64,000 bases of DNA from an uncultured bacterium (lineage in GTDB: Bacteria; Patescibacteriota; JACMRA01). Below are positions 29,991 through 40,368 of the stretch, piece after piece; within the stretch, counting starts at the first letter, position 1; every line of letters starts with the position of its first letter. Where the stretch lies: the NCBI GenBank assembly GCA_963784355.1, contig CAWAQU010000006.1, forward strand, positions 14,517-78,516, given 5' to 3'. The notes under the pieces are model-generated. The model ran no database searches. It was not told where the DNA came from and saw only the letters and a list, made by a program, of their open reading frames with translations. The position numbers and the translations under genes are program-made.

Positions 29991-31030
29991 TGTCTCAAAA
30001 AAAAGCTTTATTTATACATTGTAGACGTGGACTTTATCAGCTAACCAAATGCAAAAGTTGTGGTCATAGTTTTTCTTGTGATAATTGTGATGCTAAACTG
30101 GTTACTTATAAAACAGGTGGTAGCAGTCTTGAACTTCTGTGTCACCAGTGCCAAACTTATTATAAGTATCCAAATCATTGTCCTAAGTGTAACTCAAAGG
30201 AAATATTTTCTAAATATGGTGGTATTGAAGAATTAGCGCAGTTATTGGAAAAAGAAGATTATAAACTTATTAGACTTGATCAATCAAAAAACTTCCCTAC
30301 AAATCATGCAAATGAAATAGAATCAAATATTGAGGGTAAAAATATACAAATTTCTTTTAGACAAAATAAAAATGACCTAGTAAGCCCACATTTAACCAGT
30401 AATTTAGAAGAATATGATATTTACCTACATACAAGAATATTTGACCCGCTTTTACCCTACTCTATTTTTGATAAAATAGTATTTGTACAAGCTGAGAATT
30501 TACTTGCTAGCCCTGATTATCTAGTAAGCGAAGAAATAATCAAAGCAACTGCTGAAATTTTACTTCAATGCAATACAACTAATGAAATCATATTTGATAC
30601 AAATGCCCCTGAATTGGAATTATTTGAAGAGTTAAAAAAACTCCACTACGAGTATCCTGAAAATCACAAGGTCTATGAGTGGTATTTAGAATTTTTGGAA
30701 AAAGAGAAATCAAACAGGCAAAAATACGGTTTTCCACCATTCAAGAATTTACTTTTGATTACTACTCAGGAAAAAGATATTCAAAGCTCCAATAAAAAAC
30801 TAGAAACAATTACTAATTATCTGGATAAGATGAGAGGTGAGTTACCTGAAGTAAGTTGGTCTACCCCCTACCCTGCGAGGTTTTTAAAACGAAAAAATAT
30901 GTATTCACATCACATTTTGCTACGTTTCCCGCGCCAATATGAACATTTCAATCTTTTAAGAAAGGAAATCGGAGAAATTGTAGAGTTATATAGAGTACAA
31001 GTAAGGCTTAACCCCAGACATTTGTTTTAG
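29990..31030 (+). CDS. priA: PriA C-terminal part (Cys-rich Zn region + CTD)
   Basis: RRG..CKSC..CDNC..CHQC..CPKC, GIEEL, R.KYGFPPF; ATG overlaps the upstream TGA (TGATG). Confidence 0.82.
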   Translation: MSQKKALFIHCRRGLYQLTKCKSCGHSFSCDNCDAKLVTYKTGGSSLELLCHQCQTYYKYPNHCPKCNSKEIFSKYGGIEELAQLLEKEDYKLIRLDQSKNFPTNHANEIESNIEGKNIQISFRQNKNDLVSPHLTSNLEEYDIYLHTRIFDPLLPYSIFDKIVFVQAENLLASPDYLVSEEIIKATAEILLQCNTTNEIIFDTNAPELELFEELKKLHYEYPENHKVYEWYLEFLEKEKSNRQKYGFPPFKNLLLITTQEKDIQSSNKKLETITNYLDKMRGELPEVSWSTPYPARFLKRKNMYSHHILLRFPRQYEHFNLLRKEIGEIVELYRVQVRLNPRHLF

Positions 31031-31099
31031 AAACAGGCAGTAGAGCAATTTTTACTTAGGTTTTTACTTGTTTTGTTATATTTTTTGTGTAAATTTACT

Positions 31100-31111
31100 G
31101 ACTTCGTATAA
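31100..31111 (+). repeat. dif-arm copy 4
   Basis: GACTTCGTATAA-TGTATT, intergenic. Confidence 0.85.
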
Positions 31112-31146
31112 TGTATTAAGTATTTTATTTCAATTCAAATTAACTT

Positions 31147-31500
31147 TTAGTCGTGGAAACTTGTAATTTCAAACTCATTCCCTTCGATATCAACGCAAGA
31201 GACAGAATTATATTCATCATAATCAACATCTAAAATTTTTCCGCCTAAGTTTATTACTTTTCCTTTTAAAATCACTAATTCTGTGCTATTAAATTCAAAA
31301 ACTGGAACACAATTTGATCCAATCCATTTTTCATACTCTAAAGAAATAAAAGATAAATTTATATTACCAAAATCAAATTCTACCCATTCTTTAGTGTCTT
31401 TTTCAGGCTTTGGAGAAATATTAAACAGCTCTGAATATAAAGTTTTTAATTTAGTTATATCTTTGCTTTTAAAATATACTGTTCTGATTTTTAAGGTCAT
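31147..31500 (-). CDS. VOC/glyoxalase-like protein
   Basis: 117 aa; LYSELFN..P, WVEF, LGGKI, DIEGNEFEI pattern. Confidence 0.75.
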   Translation of the reverse strand: MTLKIRTVYFKSKDITKLKTLYSELFNISPKPEKDTKEWVEFDFGNINLSFISLEYEKWIGSNCVPVFEFNSTELVILKGKVINLGGKILDVDYDEYNSVSCVDIEGNEFEITSFHD

Positions 31501-31559
31501 GTATCCAAAAAAATAGAGTAGCTTATTACTGTCAAATTTGGAGTTAAGTTCTACTTTTT

Positions 31560-31571
31560 GACTTCGTATAA
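31560..31571 (+). repeat. dif-arm copy 5
   Basis: GACTTCGTATAA-TAATTT, intergenic. Confidence 0.85.
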
Positions 31572-31617
31572 TAATTTAACATTTGACATTTGCAGTTTTG
31601 GGAGCAATATTTATGTG

Positions 31618-32073
31618 ATGTCATATTACCTTTATTCCAAGCCATTTACTAAGTTACCTAACTGGACTGAGCTATACACGGCCAAAATAATATCACTACC
31701 CAATAATCACTTAGTTAAAATACACATCGGTCAAAACTTACATTATATCACTTCGGATAATGATAACCTAAACTTTACGGAAATACTTACGGAAAATCTA
31801 CCAATTAAGTTAGTACCAGATTCTTTAGAGTTTGAGCCAATTATTGATTACACAAATCAAACAGAGAATTATAAAATAAGTGTTAAAAAGTTCGATGAAA
31901 ACGAGATTGATGAATTCCTCAAAACTCCTGATTGTTTATTTTATTTATTTACAAATGGTGACTGGAAAATTATCAGATGGGAAATAGATAAGCAGCAATT
32001 GATATTCAAAACTCTACAAACTCTAGATGAAAACCAATTCACTATTTTTACCGAAACAAGCTATAATTTTTAA
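31618..32073 (+). CDS. Hypothetical protein (likely ATG 31618)
   Basis: Track start at 31558 is the TTG of the repeat; a TTGACA at about 31583 precedes ATG 31618. Confidence 0.6.
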   Translation: MSYYLYSKPFTKLPNWTELYTAKIISLPNNHLVKIHIGQNLHYITSDNDNLNFTEILTENLPIKLVPDSLEFEPIIDYTNQTENYKISVKKFDENEIDEFLKTPDCLFYLFTNGDWKIIRWEIDKQQLIFKTLQTLDENQFTIFTETSYNF

Positions 32074-32080
32074 ATCTTTT

Positions 32081-33898
32081 TTATTCTTTTACGCTAATAC
32101 CAAGTTCTTTTAGCTGAATAGGCAATACTTCACTTGGACTTCCGGTCATCACATCTATTCCAGAACCATTTTTTGGAAATGCAATTATTTCACGGATATT
32201 TGTTTCACCTGATAAGACCATCATTAAACGCTCAAAACCGTTTGCATAACCAGCATGAGATGGAGCTCCATACTCATAGGCTGTAAGCATGTGTCCGAAT
32301 TTAGCTCTAACTTGCTCCTCAGTGTAACCTACTACCTCAAAAGCTTTTAGCAAGGCCTGAGGTTCATGATTACGCACGCCACCGCTCAAGATTTCATAAC
32401 CATTACAGGTTGCATCGTATTGTATAGCTCTTAAATCAAGTAAGGTATTATTTTTAATTGCATCTTCAAGAGTTTCCAAAGGAGTCATGCCTTCATTAGG
32501 TTTCCATGCTCCAAAGGGATTGTGAGTAAAATCAACCTTATCTGTTTTTTCGTCTTTTTCAAAGAATGGGAAATTGTAGATCCAAGAAAATTTTAAAATA
32601 TTCTCATCAACCAAGTCAAAGTGCTTAGCAATATGTTGTCTCATTTGATTCTGAGCTTTCCAAACTATATTTTTATCACTGTTAGCTATAAACAAGATCA
32701 GATCACCTTTTTCAATTCCAAAATAGCTTTTAATTTCTTTCTTTTTATTTTCTATCTCCTCTTCAGTACCAAAAAACTTAAATATAGGACTTTTATCCTC
32801 CTCATCAAAATATTGAATATAGGCTATCCCAGGTAAACCGAATTGTCTACCAATATCCTGAATTTTATCTAAATCTGATCTACTTAACTTATCTACTTTT
32901 CCTTTCAAAACAAGAGCTTGTACTCTGGCATTTTTATCTTCACACAAGTCAGCAAAAACTTTAAATCCACTTTCTTTAAACACAGGTTTTGCATCTTTCC
33001 ACTCTAAATTATACCTTAAATCAGGCTTATCTGAACCAAATTTGTCCATTGCATCATCAAATGTATATCTCACAAATTGCTCATCAGCTAGCTTTTTATC
33101 TGTAAATTCAGGCCTTACTAAAACTTCTCTTACATATTTCTCAAACAGTCCAAAAATAGCCTCTTGATCAGCCCATGCTACCTCTAAGTCAAGCTGGTAA
33201 AAATCCCCTATAGCTCTATCTGCCCTTGGATCTTCATCTCTAAAACAAGGTGCAATTTGGAAATACTTATTAAATCCACCAACCATTAAAAGTTGCTTAA
33301 ATTGCTGTGGAGCTTGTGGTAAAGCATAAAATTTGCCTGGGTGCAGTCTTGACGGTATTAAATAGTCTCTTGCTCCTTCCGGTGAAGAATTTGCCAATAT
33401 TGGAGTTTGTATCTCAACAAAACCTTCACTATCAAACCAATTACGACTAGCTAAAATCAGTTTATGTTTTCTTATTAAAAGGGATTTCAATTTTTCTCTT
33501 CTCAAATCTAAATATCTATACTTCAATCGTAGATCTTCATTTGCCAAATTTTTATCTTCAGCGTGTATGTCAAAAGGTAAGAGTTTTGCTTTAGAAACTA
33601 CTTCTACTTGTTTAATATTTATTTCAATCTCTCCGGTTGGTAAATTTGGATTTATTGTATCCTGACTTCTTTTTCTAATCTCTCCAGTGACTTTAATTAC
33701 AAACTCGGGTTTTAGTTCCTCAATTTTGGCTAATATTTCTCTATTTTCTTCATTACTTATTACACATTGCAAAATATCTAAACTGCTCCTTAAATCAATA
33801 AAGATTAAGCCTCCATGGTCACGAATGTTGTGTATAAAGCCGCCGACTGTAACAACTTCTCCAATCTGTTTATTGAGATTTTCAGGAATAATATACAT
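32081..33898 (-). CDS. aspS: Aspartyl-tRNA synthetase, probably non-discriminating (Asp/Asn)
   Basis: IRDHGG (His typical of ND-AspRS), PEGARDY, LPQAPQQFKQLLM, CFRDED, GSDKPDLR, GFERL, IAFPK; GAD insert. Confidence 0.95.
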   Translation of the reverse strand: MYIIPENLNKQIGEVVTVGGFIHNIRDHGGLIFIDLRSSLDILQCVISNEENREILAKIEELKPEFVIKVTGEIRKRSQDTINPNLPTGEIEINIKQVEVVSKAKLLPFDIHAEDKNLANEDLRLKYRYLDLRREKLKSLLIRKHKLILASRNWFDSEGFVEIQTPILANSSPEGARDYLIPSRLHPGKFYALPQAPQQFKQLLMVGGFNKYFQIAPCFRDEDPRADRAIGDFYQLDLEVAWADQEAIFGLFEKYVREVLVRPEFTDKKLADEQFVRYTFDDAMDKFGSDKPDLRYNLEWKDAKPVFKESGFKVFADLCEDKNARVQALVLKGKVDKLSRSDLDKIQDIGRQFGLPGIAYIQYFDEEDKSPIFKFFGTEEEIENKKKEIKSYFGIEKGDLILFIANSDKNIVWKAQNQMRQHIAKHFDLVDENILKFSWIYNFPFFEKDEKTDKVDFTHNPFGAWKPNEGMTPLETLEDAIKNNTLLDLRAIQYDATCNGYEILSGGVRNHEPQALLKAFEVVGYTEEQVRAKFGHMLTAYEYGAPSHAGYANGFERLMMVLSGETNIREIIAFPKNGSGIDVMTGSPSEVLPIQLKELGISVKE

Positions 33899-33938
33899 AT
33901 ACAATATAATTTGCAAATTTAGAATTATGAGCTTTTCA

Positions 33939-34487
33939 TTAGATCAAAAGTAAGATGAGACCTAGTATAAAACCGCCTACCAATCCACCCAAGTGGCCAA
34001 AATTATCAATTCTGGGATCGCTGAGGCCAATACCAAAGATAAATAAAATATTAATCATTACACTTCCCAAAGTGGAATAATCCCTAGTAATAATTGCATA
34101 GGCCAATACTGCTCCAACCAAACCCATAATAGATCCACTAGCACCTAAGCTAGGCACATTCGGATTAAACAGAAAAGAGAATAATGATCCAACAATACCA
34201 GAAACTATATAAATTAACAAAAACTTAAAACTGTCTCTATAGATTAAAAGTACTACCGGCCCTACATTATATAGAGATATCATGTTAAATAACAAATGTA
34301 AGAAGCTACCATGTAAAAAAGTGGAAGTCAAAAACCTGTAGTAATCACCACTTATAATATCAGGATTGCTTTTCCACCCCAAGCTAATAAAACTAGTAAA
34401 ACTATCCCTACCAAACCTGCCAAAATTGAAAACAAAGGGTATGGCAAATACTACAATATTTATTATAATTAAAATCAAAAATACCAT
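33939..34487 (-). CDS. Rhomboid family intramembrane serine protease
   Basis: FLHGSFLHLLFNM, GASG, GHLGG. Confidence 0.93.
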   Translation of the reverse strand: MVFLILIIINIVVFAIPFVFNFGRFGRDSFTSFISLGWKSNPDIISGDYYRFLTSTFLHGSFLHLLFNMISLYNVGPVVLLIYRDSFKFLLIYIVSGIVGSLFSFLFNPNVPSLGASGSIMGLVGAVLAYAIITRDYSTLGSVMINILFIFGIGLSDPRIDNFGHLGGLVGGFILGLILLLI

Positions 34488-34488
34488 A

Positions 34489-35100
34489 CTACTCTTTTTT
34501 TAGGTTTTCAGGTATTATAATTGCGAGTAAAATACCAAACAACCAGCCCCCTAATATTGGTAAAGCTTGAAATTGCAGTGGCCTCTCAACATTTACTACT
34601 GCCTCAGTAAAATTTTTCATCGGAGTGACTCTAAACCCGATTTGTCTAGAATCGTTCCATTCATCAACCAACTTCAAATATGCTGATTTGGCACCATTTA
34701 AGAATTTATTAGCATCTTCATTAGATTGAGCCTGATAAGTTAAATTTACAAACCCTGCAGCACCAGCACCAATAACATAGAAAGGTGTTTTTTCGCTATA
34801 ATTCGCAATTTTAAGTCCAGCATTTTTTGCAACTGTATCTTGAATATCAATATTTTTAAATCTGGATTCTAGATAACTACTAAAATCTTTATTGGCAGTT
34901 AGATACGCAAGAGATTTATCATTGCTATTTTGGTTTATGACCAAATAAGATTGATCATTTAAGTTCAGACCAAATGTAAGACTAGCTTGGTATGAATTTG
35001 TTTTTGCCCAAGGAAATAAAAGTAGTGTAAATAGTAGAGTACTTAATAGTATTACCCACCAACGTTTAAAAATACGCCTACGTAGTTGATCAATCGTCAT
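34489..35100 (-). CDS. Two-TM protein resembling Wzz/CpsC chain-length determinant
   Basis: KRWWVILL N-terminal TM, Y.AS, C-terminal P...GG..G TM. Confidence 0.45.
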   Translation of the reverse strand: MTIDQLRRRIFKRWWVILLSTLLFTLLLFPWAKTNSYQASLTFGLNLNDQSYLVINQNSNDKSLAYLTANKDFSSYLESRFKNIDIQDTVAKNAGLKIANYSEKTPFYVIGAGAAGFVNLTYQAQSNEDANKFLNGAKSAYLKLVDEWNDSRQIGFRVTPMKNFTEAVVNVERPLQFQALPILGGWLFGILLAIIIPENLKKE

Positions 35101-35122
35101 ATATATTAAAATAATTTATATA

Positions 35123-38100
35123 TTATCTATCAAGACTCCCCTCATCAACAGATAAAGCAAGCTGTTCATCCACTTTTCTATCATATTGATCAGCAGTTTC
35201 TGTAACTTGCGCATTTACTTTAATACCTAATGCAGTCAACTCATTAGCTAATACAATAAATGAACTAGGTAAATTAGGACTGAATATTGGTTTTTCTCTT
35301 ACTATTGCTTCAAATGCTGCATCCCTACCTTTTACATCATCAGATTTTATAGTCAACATTTCTTGTAAAGCATAAGCCGCGCCATAAGCTTCTAATGCCC
35401 ACACCTCCATTTCTCCAAATCTTTGCCCTCCTGAATGGCTTCTTCCTCCGAGAGGTTGCTGTGTAACCAGTGAGTAAGGCCCTGTAGAACGAGTGTGCAC
35501 CTTGTCATCAACTAAATGGTGAAGCTTGTTTAGATACAAATACCCTACTACGATAGGTCTATCATATTTATTTCCTGTTTGTCCATCCCACAAATCAACC
35601 TTACCATCTTCTCTAAATCCAGCTTGTATCAACTGTTCTCTTACAATATCCACGGAAATTTCGTTTAAAGGTTGGGTTATGGCCATCAAACCTTCTTTTT
35701 TACATATTAATCCCAAGTGCGTCTCTAAAAGCTGCCCTAGATTCATACGTCCAATAACACCAAGCGGATTAAGCACAACATCAATAGGCACTCCATCTGC
35801 TGTATATGGCATATCATTTACAGGAAGTACGACTGAAACTACTCCTTTATTTCCATGTCTTCCGGCCATTTTATCACCAGGTTTGATTTTTCTGGTAGTA
35901 GCTAACCAAATATGCACTCTTTGAATAACGTCATTAGGTAAAGGATCACCTTTGCTTCTGTTAAATACTCTAATTGAAACTACCTTACCATTTAAACCGT
36001 GCTCCAAATATAATGAGCTATCTTTTACATCTCTGGAATATTCACCAAATAATACGCGGATTAATTTATCTTCAGGAGAAAGATCAACCTCTCCTTTTGG
36101 AGTAATTTTACCTACTAAAATGTCGCCTGATTCTACATAAGCACCTTGATGGATAATACCATCTTTATCCAACTTTCTTAGCTTATCACTTGCAACGTTA
36201 GGAATATCTCTAGTAATTTCTTCATTTCCTAATCTTGTTTCGTGCACATCACAAGTCAATTGGTAGATATGTGTTGAAGTAAATTTATCGTCTGCAACAA
36301 GCCTTTCAGATAAAATAATAGCATCTTCAAAATTATAACCTTTGAATGGCATAAATGCAACACGTACATTTTGTCCAATTGCAAATTCTCCATTATATAT
36401 ACCAAATCCTTCTACTAAAATGTCGCCTTTAACAACTTTTTCTCCCGGTCTTACCCTTACTTTTTGATTAATTGTAGAATTTCCGTTTGCAGGTAAAAAT
36501 TTAAGTGGTTTATAAAAATATTTTTCTTTAGTTTTAGCATCTTGTATAGTTACTTCAGTGCTATCAGCCTTCAAAACTACTCCATCACATTCAGAAATAA
36601 ACATGTAACCACTATAATCCGCAGCAATTTTCTCAAATCCAGTTGCAACGATTGGTTGTTCCGGTCTTACCAAAGGAAGAGCTTGCCCTTGTTGATTTGT
36701 TCCCATGAGTACACGTGTACCGTCAGTTTGAGCTACAAAAGGAACCATACAAGTAGAAAGACTAAAAATTTGATTGGACGCCACATCCATAAACTCTACC
36801 TCTTCTACGCTTACTTGAACAGGATTTCCTTCTTTTCTAGCACCGACTGTTTCAATTTGAATATGACCCAATTCATCAACCTGGTTAATGTTTTCTGCAA
36901 TTATATTTCTCATTTCTTCTTCACTACTAAACCAAACTATTTCATTTGATACATGCTTTCCTACCTTAACATCATAATTCGGATCTACTGAGTTCAATTT
37001 TTCCCAAACATCTTGAGTTACTAATTGACCTACTTTAAACTGTCTTTTACCATCAATTACTATATCTTCTTGGATTATTCTAGAAATCAAATTTTTGTCA
37101 GAAGCTTTAAGACTATTTTTAATTCTAAGGTATGGAGTTTCTAAAAAGCCCATTTTATTGATTCTGGAATAAATTGCCGCGTGTAAATTTAAACCAAAAG
37201 CAGGGCCTTCAGGAGTATTTACAGGACAAATTCTACCATAGTAACTAGGTTGTACGTCACGTACTTCAAAACCAGCTCTTTCTCTTGTCAAACCTCCTGG
37301 CCCGGCACATGTCATAAACTGTCTCTGATCCATTTCAGACAATAGATTAGTTTGATCCATGAATCTGGACAATTGTGAAGTATTGAAGAAATCATCGACC
37401 ATTGCAGCAAGTGGTCTCATATTTACCAGTTGAGCAGGAGTAAAGTTCTGATCTTCGTTAAGTGTCATTTTATCTTTTGTATTTCTAACAACTCTACTTA
37501 ATCCGGCTTTAAATGTATTTCCAAGCCATTCACCCACACCTCTTACTCTTCTGTTGCTTAGTGAGTCAATATTATCAGGCTCCACTTTTTCTACTGCCAT
37601 CCTTACCAATTCTTTCATCGCAGCTGTAATCTCTCCAACTGACAAAGTTTTCTTATAATCACTACCTGCTTCAGGTTTAGATTTAAAATCAAGTCTTGTA
37701 TCAAATTTATATCTACCAACTCCTCCAAAATCATACTTTGCACCGTCTTCAAATAATGAAACTAAGTATTTCCTACCTTGTTCAATTGAAACAATATCTC
37801 CAGGACGTATCTTTTTGTAAATTGAATTTACGGCATCTTCAATACCAAAAGCAGAATCTTTTTCTAAAGTAGCTTGAATATAGCTAATCTTTTCATCTGT
37901 ATCTACATCTTTAAACAAACTAATGATTTCAGCTTCTTTTGTAATACCAAATAATTTCAACAGTTGCGTTGCAGGGAATTTTTTCTTTCGATCTATTCTT
38001 GCATAAATAACTCCATCAGCACCAACTTCCAAATCTACCCAGATTCCACGGCTTGGAATAATTCTAGCTGTGTAAACAAATAAACCTTTTTCCAGTTCTC

Positions 38101-38533
38101 TGGTATATAAAAGACCTGGTGATTTTACAAGCTGACTAACAACTATTTTCTGCACTCCATTAATAATAAAGTTACCTTTCCTTGTCATTAAAGGAATATT
38201 TCCTACAAAAACTCTTTGATTCTTTTTTTCCTTAGTGACTAGATTTTCTACGGTTACGCTTGCATATAAAGGTGCAGAATAGGTAGTTCCTTCCAACAAT
38301 GCTTTATACTCATCCATTGCAGGATCAGCCTCTAAATAAAACTCTGGCCCTATATTGATTTGCCATCTACCTGAGCTGGTATCACTAATTGGGCTAAATT
38401 CTTGAAATATCTTTGATAGATCCTGAGTCCAAAAATTTTGGTAGGAATCTTTTTGCATTGAATTTAAATTGGGAACAGGAAAAACATTTTGCTTTACACC
38501 GAAGCTACTACGCTGAACTTTTTTGATGGCCAT
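35123..38533 (-). CDS. rpoB: RNA polymerase beta subunit
   Basis: GPGGLTRERAGFEVRDV, YGRICP..TPEG, GYNFEDAI, GDKMAGRHGNKGV, GGQRFGEMEVWALEAYGAA. Confidence 0.99.
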   Translation of the reverse strand: MAIKKVQRSSFGVKQNVFPVPNLNSMQKDSYQNFWTQDLSKIFQEFSPISDTSSGRWQINIGPEFYLEADPAMDEYKALLEGTTYSAPLYASVTVENLVTKEKKNQRVFVGNIPLMTRKGNFIINGVQKIVVSQLVKSPGLLYTRELEKGLFVYTARIIPSRGIWVDLEVGADGVIYARIDRKKKFPATQLLKLFGITKEAEIISLFKDVDTDEKISYIQATLEKDSAFGIEDAVNSIYKKIRPGDIVSIEQGRKYLVSLFEDGAKYDFGGVGRYKFDTRLDFKSKPEAGSDYKKTLSVGEITAAMKELVRMAVEKVEPDNIDSLSNRRVRGVGEWLGNTFKAGLSRVVRNTKDKMTLNEDQNFTPAQLVNMRPLAAMVDDFFNTSQLSRFMDQTNLLSEMDQRQFMTCAGPGGLTRERAGFEVRDVQPSYYGRICPVNTPEGPAFGLNLHAAIYSRINKMGFLETPYLRIKNSLKASDKNLISRIIQEDIVIDGKRQFKVGQLVTQDVWEKLNSVDPNYDVKVGKHVSNEIVWFSSEEEMRNIIAENINQVDELGHIQIETVGARKEGNPVQVSVEEVEFMDVASNQIFSLSTCMVPFVAQTDGTRVLMGTNQQGQALPLVRPEQPIVATGFEKIAADYSGYMFISECDGVVLKADSTEVTIQDAKTKEKYFYKPLKFLPANGNSTINQKVRVRPGEKVVKGDILVEGFGIYNGEFAIGQNVRVAFMPFKGYNFEDAIILSERLVADDKFTSTHIYQLTCDVHETRLGNEEITRDIPNVASDKLRKLDKDGIIHQGAYVESGDILVGKITPKGEVDLSPEDKLIRVLFGEYSRDVKDSSLYLEHGLNGKVVSIRVFNRSKGDPLPNDVIQRVHIWLATTRKIKPGDKMAGRHGNKGVVSVVLPVNDMPYTADGVPIDVVLNPLGVIGRMNLGQLLETHLGLICKKEGLMAITQPLNEISVDIVREQLIQAGFREDGKVDLWDGQTGNKYDRPIVVGYLYLNKLHHLVDDKVHTRSTGPYSLVTQQPLGGRSHSGGQRFGEMEVWALEAYGAAYALQEMLTIKSDDVKGRDAAFEAIVREKPIFSPNLPSSFIVLANELTALGIKVNAQVTETADQYDRKVDEQLALSVDEGSLDR

Positions 38534-38631
38534 AAATATATGTAATAACGATTGAAATCCTCTTTTTTGTCAAGCTGGCTCTTTTTTATTCAAAAAATCT
38601 TGTTTGGAAAGAAATACATCTTACTCACCAA

Positions 38632-40329
38632 TTACAATTTTGCACTTTTCAATTTTAAATACAAATTTTTTAGGTTTTCATCCAAAGCAAAACTTATTAA
38701 TTTACTATCCAAATAATGAATGACCGTACTCCACATACTCTGTCTTTGATTGAGATCAAGTAGCTCTTTTTTTTCATCAATAATCATCGCCATAATTTCA
38801 GTATTTTCCTCCAGATAATTACCAAAGCTTGAATAGTTATCCAATTGCGGCAATAAAGGTTTCAATAATTCAAAAGAGTGAGCAATATTTTCGATAAATT
38901 CCGGCTGTATACTCAAAGTTGCCGCCAGTAAATTTTCCCAGGATAAATAAACTGACTGTTCCAAACTCAATCCCTTATCATTATCTTCAGTATTATCCGG
39001 CTTTATTTCTAATGTATTATCTTTTACTAGGCTATCAAGCACGCTAAAACTTACCCCACTTATTTCACTTAATTTTTTTAAATAATGTTCTCTGGAAACA
39101 GGATCTAAAACTTCCAGCAAATCAACTACCTTATGTATGGCTTCTTTTTGTGTATTTAAATCTCCACTTTTCAATTCCATATTAAGTCTTGATAACATCC
39201 AGGTTAGATATTCTGTAATATTTAATTCTTTAGGATTTTCAATTGATAAAAATTCATCCAAATCTTTATACTGAGTCGGAATCACAACTTTTTGTACATT
39301 AAAACCCAACATTGTTGCCGCTTTAAACAGTTTATCAGAAGAAATAATCCCGGCCTCATCATTATCAAAAGCAACCTGAATATTTTTAGTCACATTTTTC
39401 AGAATTTTCAGCTGATTTTCCGTGAAAGAAGTACCTTGACTAGCTAAAGTATTTTTAAAACCTGCCTTAAAGCTCCCTACTACATCCATATTTCCTTCTA
39501 CAATAATTGCAGCTTTAGTTTGTAAAATATGGGTTCGAGCCAGATGCAGTCCAAACCACAAATCACTTTTATTAAACCAGATACTTTGAGGCGAATTTAA
39601 ATATTTTGGTCTTTCAGTTTTATCATATGGCAACACCCTACCTGTAAAGCCTACTACCCTACCCTGACGGTCAAAAACTGGTATCATCAACCTATCTGAA
39701 AATTTGTCGCTGAGTTTTGCATTTTGATTTTCTTGCTCTTTTTCTTTAAACACACCAATGTCCAGCATTAACTCAGTATTCAAATTGTATTTTTGAGCCA
39801 AACTAAGTAACATATTACCTCTCGGAGCATAGCCTAGCTTAAATTCATCAATGATTTCCTGTGTCAAACCTCTTTCCAGACAATATTTAGTTATAGGATT
39901 TTCTCTATCTTGTAAGACTCTTAAAAGTATTTTGTAATATACCTCACTCGTCCATTCAAGTAATTTTAGTCCTTGTTCAAACTTACCAATACTAACTTTT
40001 TCTTGTTCAGGATCACTATTCTCATGATAGTCACTGTATTCTTTAGTTTTTTTCAACTCAACTCCAGCTTTTTTGGCAAGTTTAGTTAGTACCTCTTTTT
40101 TTGTAATATTCTCAATTTGCGTTACAAAAGCAAAAATATCACCCCCTGCCCCACAACCAAAGCAATGCCAAATTTTTTTTTCCGAATTAATCACTAGCGA
40201 CGGACTTTTTTCACGATGAAATGGACACAACGCTTTATAAACACTGCCTTGAGTTTGCACAGGAATATACTCTTGAATCACATCTTCAATAGCCAATCTA
40301 TCTTTTACCTCCTGCCAAACTGAATACAT
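38632..40329 (-). CDS. dnaG: DNA primase
   Basis: CPFHREKSPS...CFGC Zn ribbon, PKYLNSP, VEGNMDV, FDNDEAG TOPRIM. Confidence 0.97.
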   Translation of the reverse strand: MYSVWQEVKDRLAIEDVIQEYIPVQTQGSVYKALCPFHREKSPSLVINSEKKIWHCFGCGAGGDIFAFVTQIENITKKEVLTKLAKKAGVELKKTKEYSDYHENSDPEQEKVSIGKFEQGLKLLEWTSEVYYKILLRVLQDRENPITKYCLERGLTQEIIDEFKLGYAPRGNMLLSLAQKYNLNTELMLDIGVFKEKEQENQNAKLSDKFSDRLMIPVFDRQGRVVGFTGRVLPYDKTERPKYLNSPQSIWFNKSDLWFGLHLARTHILQTKAAIIVEGNMDVVGSFKAGFKNTLASQGTSFTENQLKILKNVTKNIQVAFDNDEAGIISSDKLFKAATMLGFNVQKVVIPTQYKDLDEFLSIENPKELNITEYLTWMLSRLNMELKSGDLNTQKEAIHKVVDLLEVLDPVSREHYLKKLSEISGVSFSVLDSLVKDNTLEIKPDNTEDNDKGLSLEQSVYLSWENLLAATLSIQPEFIENIAHSFELLKPLLPQLDNYSSFGNYLEENTEIMAMIIDEKKELLDLNQRQSMWSTVIHYLDSKLISFALDENLKNLYLKLKSAKL

Positions 40330-40368
40330 GATCTAATATAAATATACTTTTCATTTTTTGGCAATATT

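Noticed and set aside
31558-31572. TTGACTTCGTATAAT as a sigma70 promoter or as the TTG start of ORF 31558
   Set aside because: The -35-like and -10-like hexamers are only 3 bp apart; the sequence is better explained as a dif arm.
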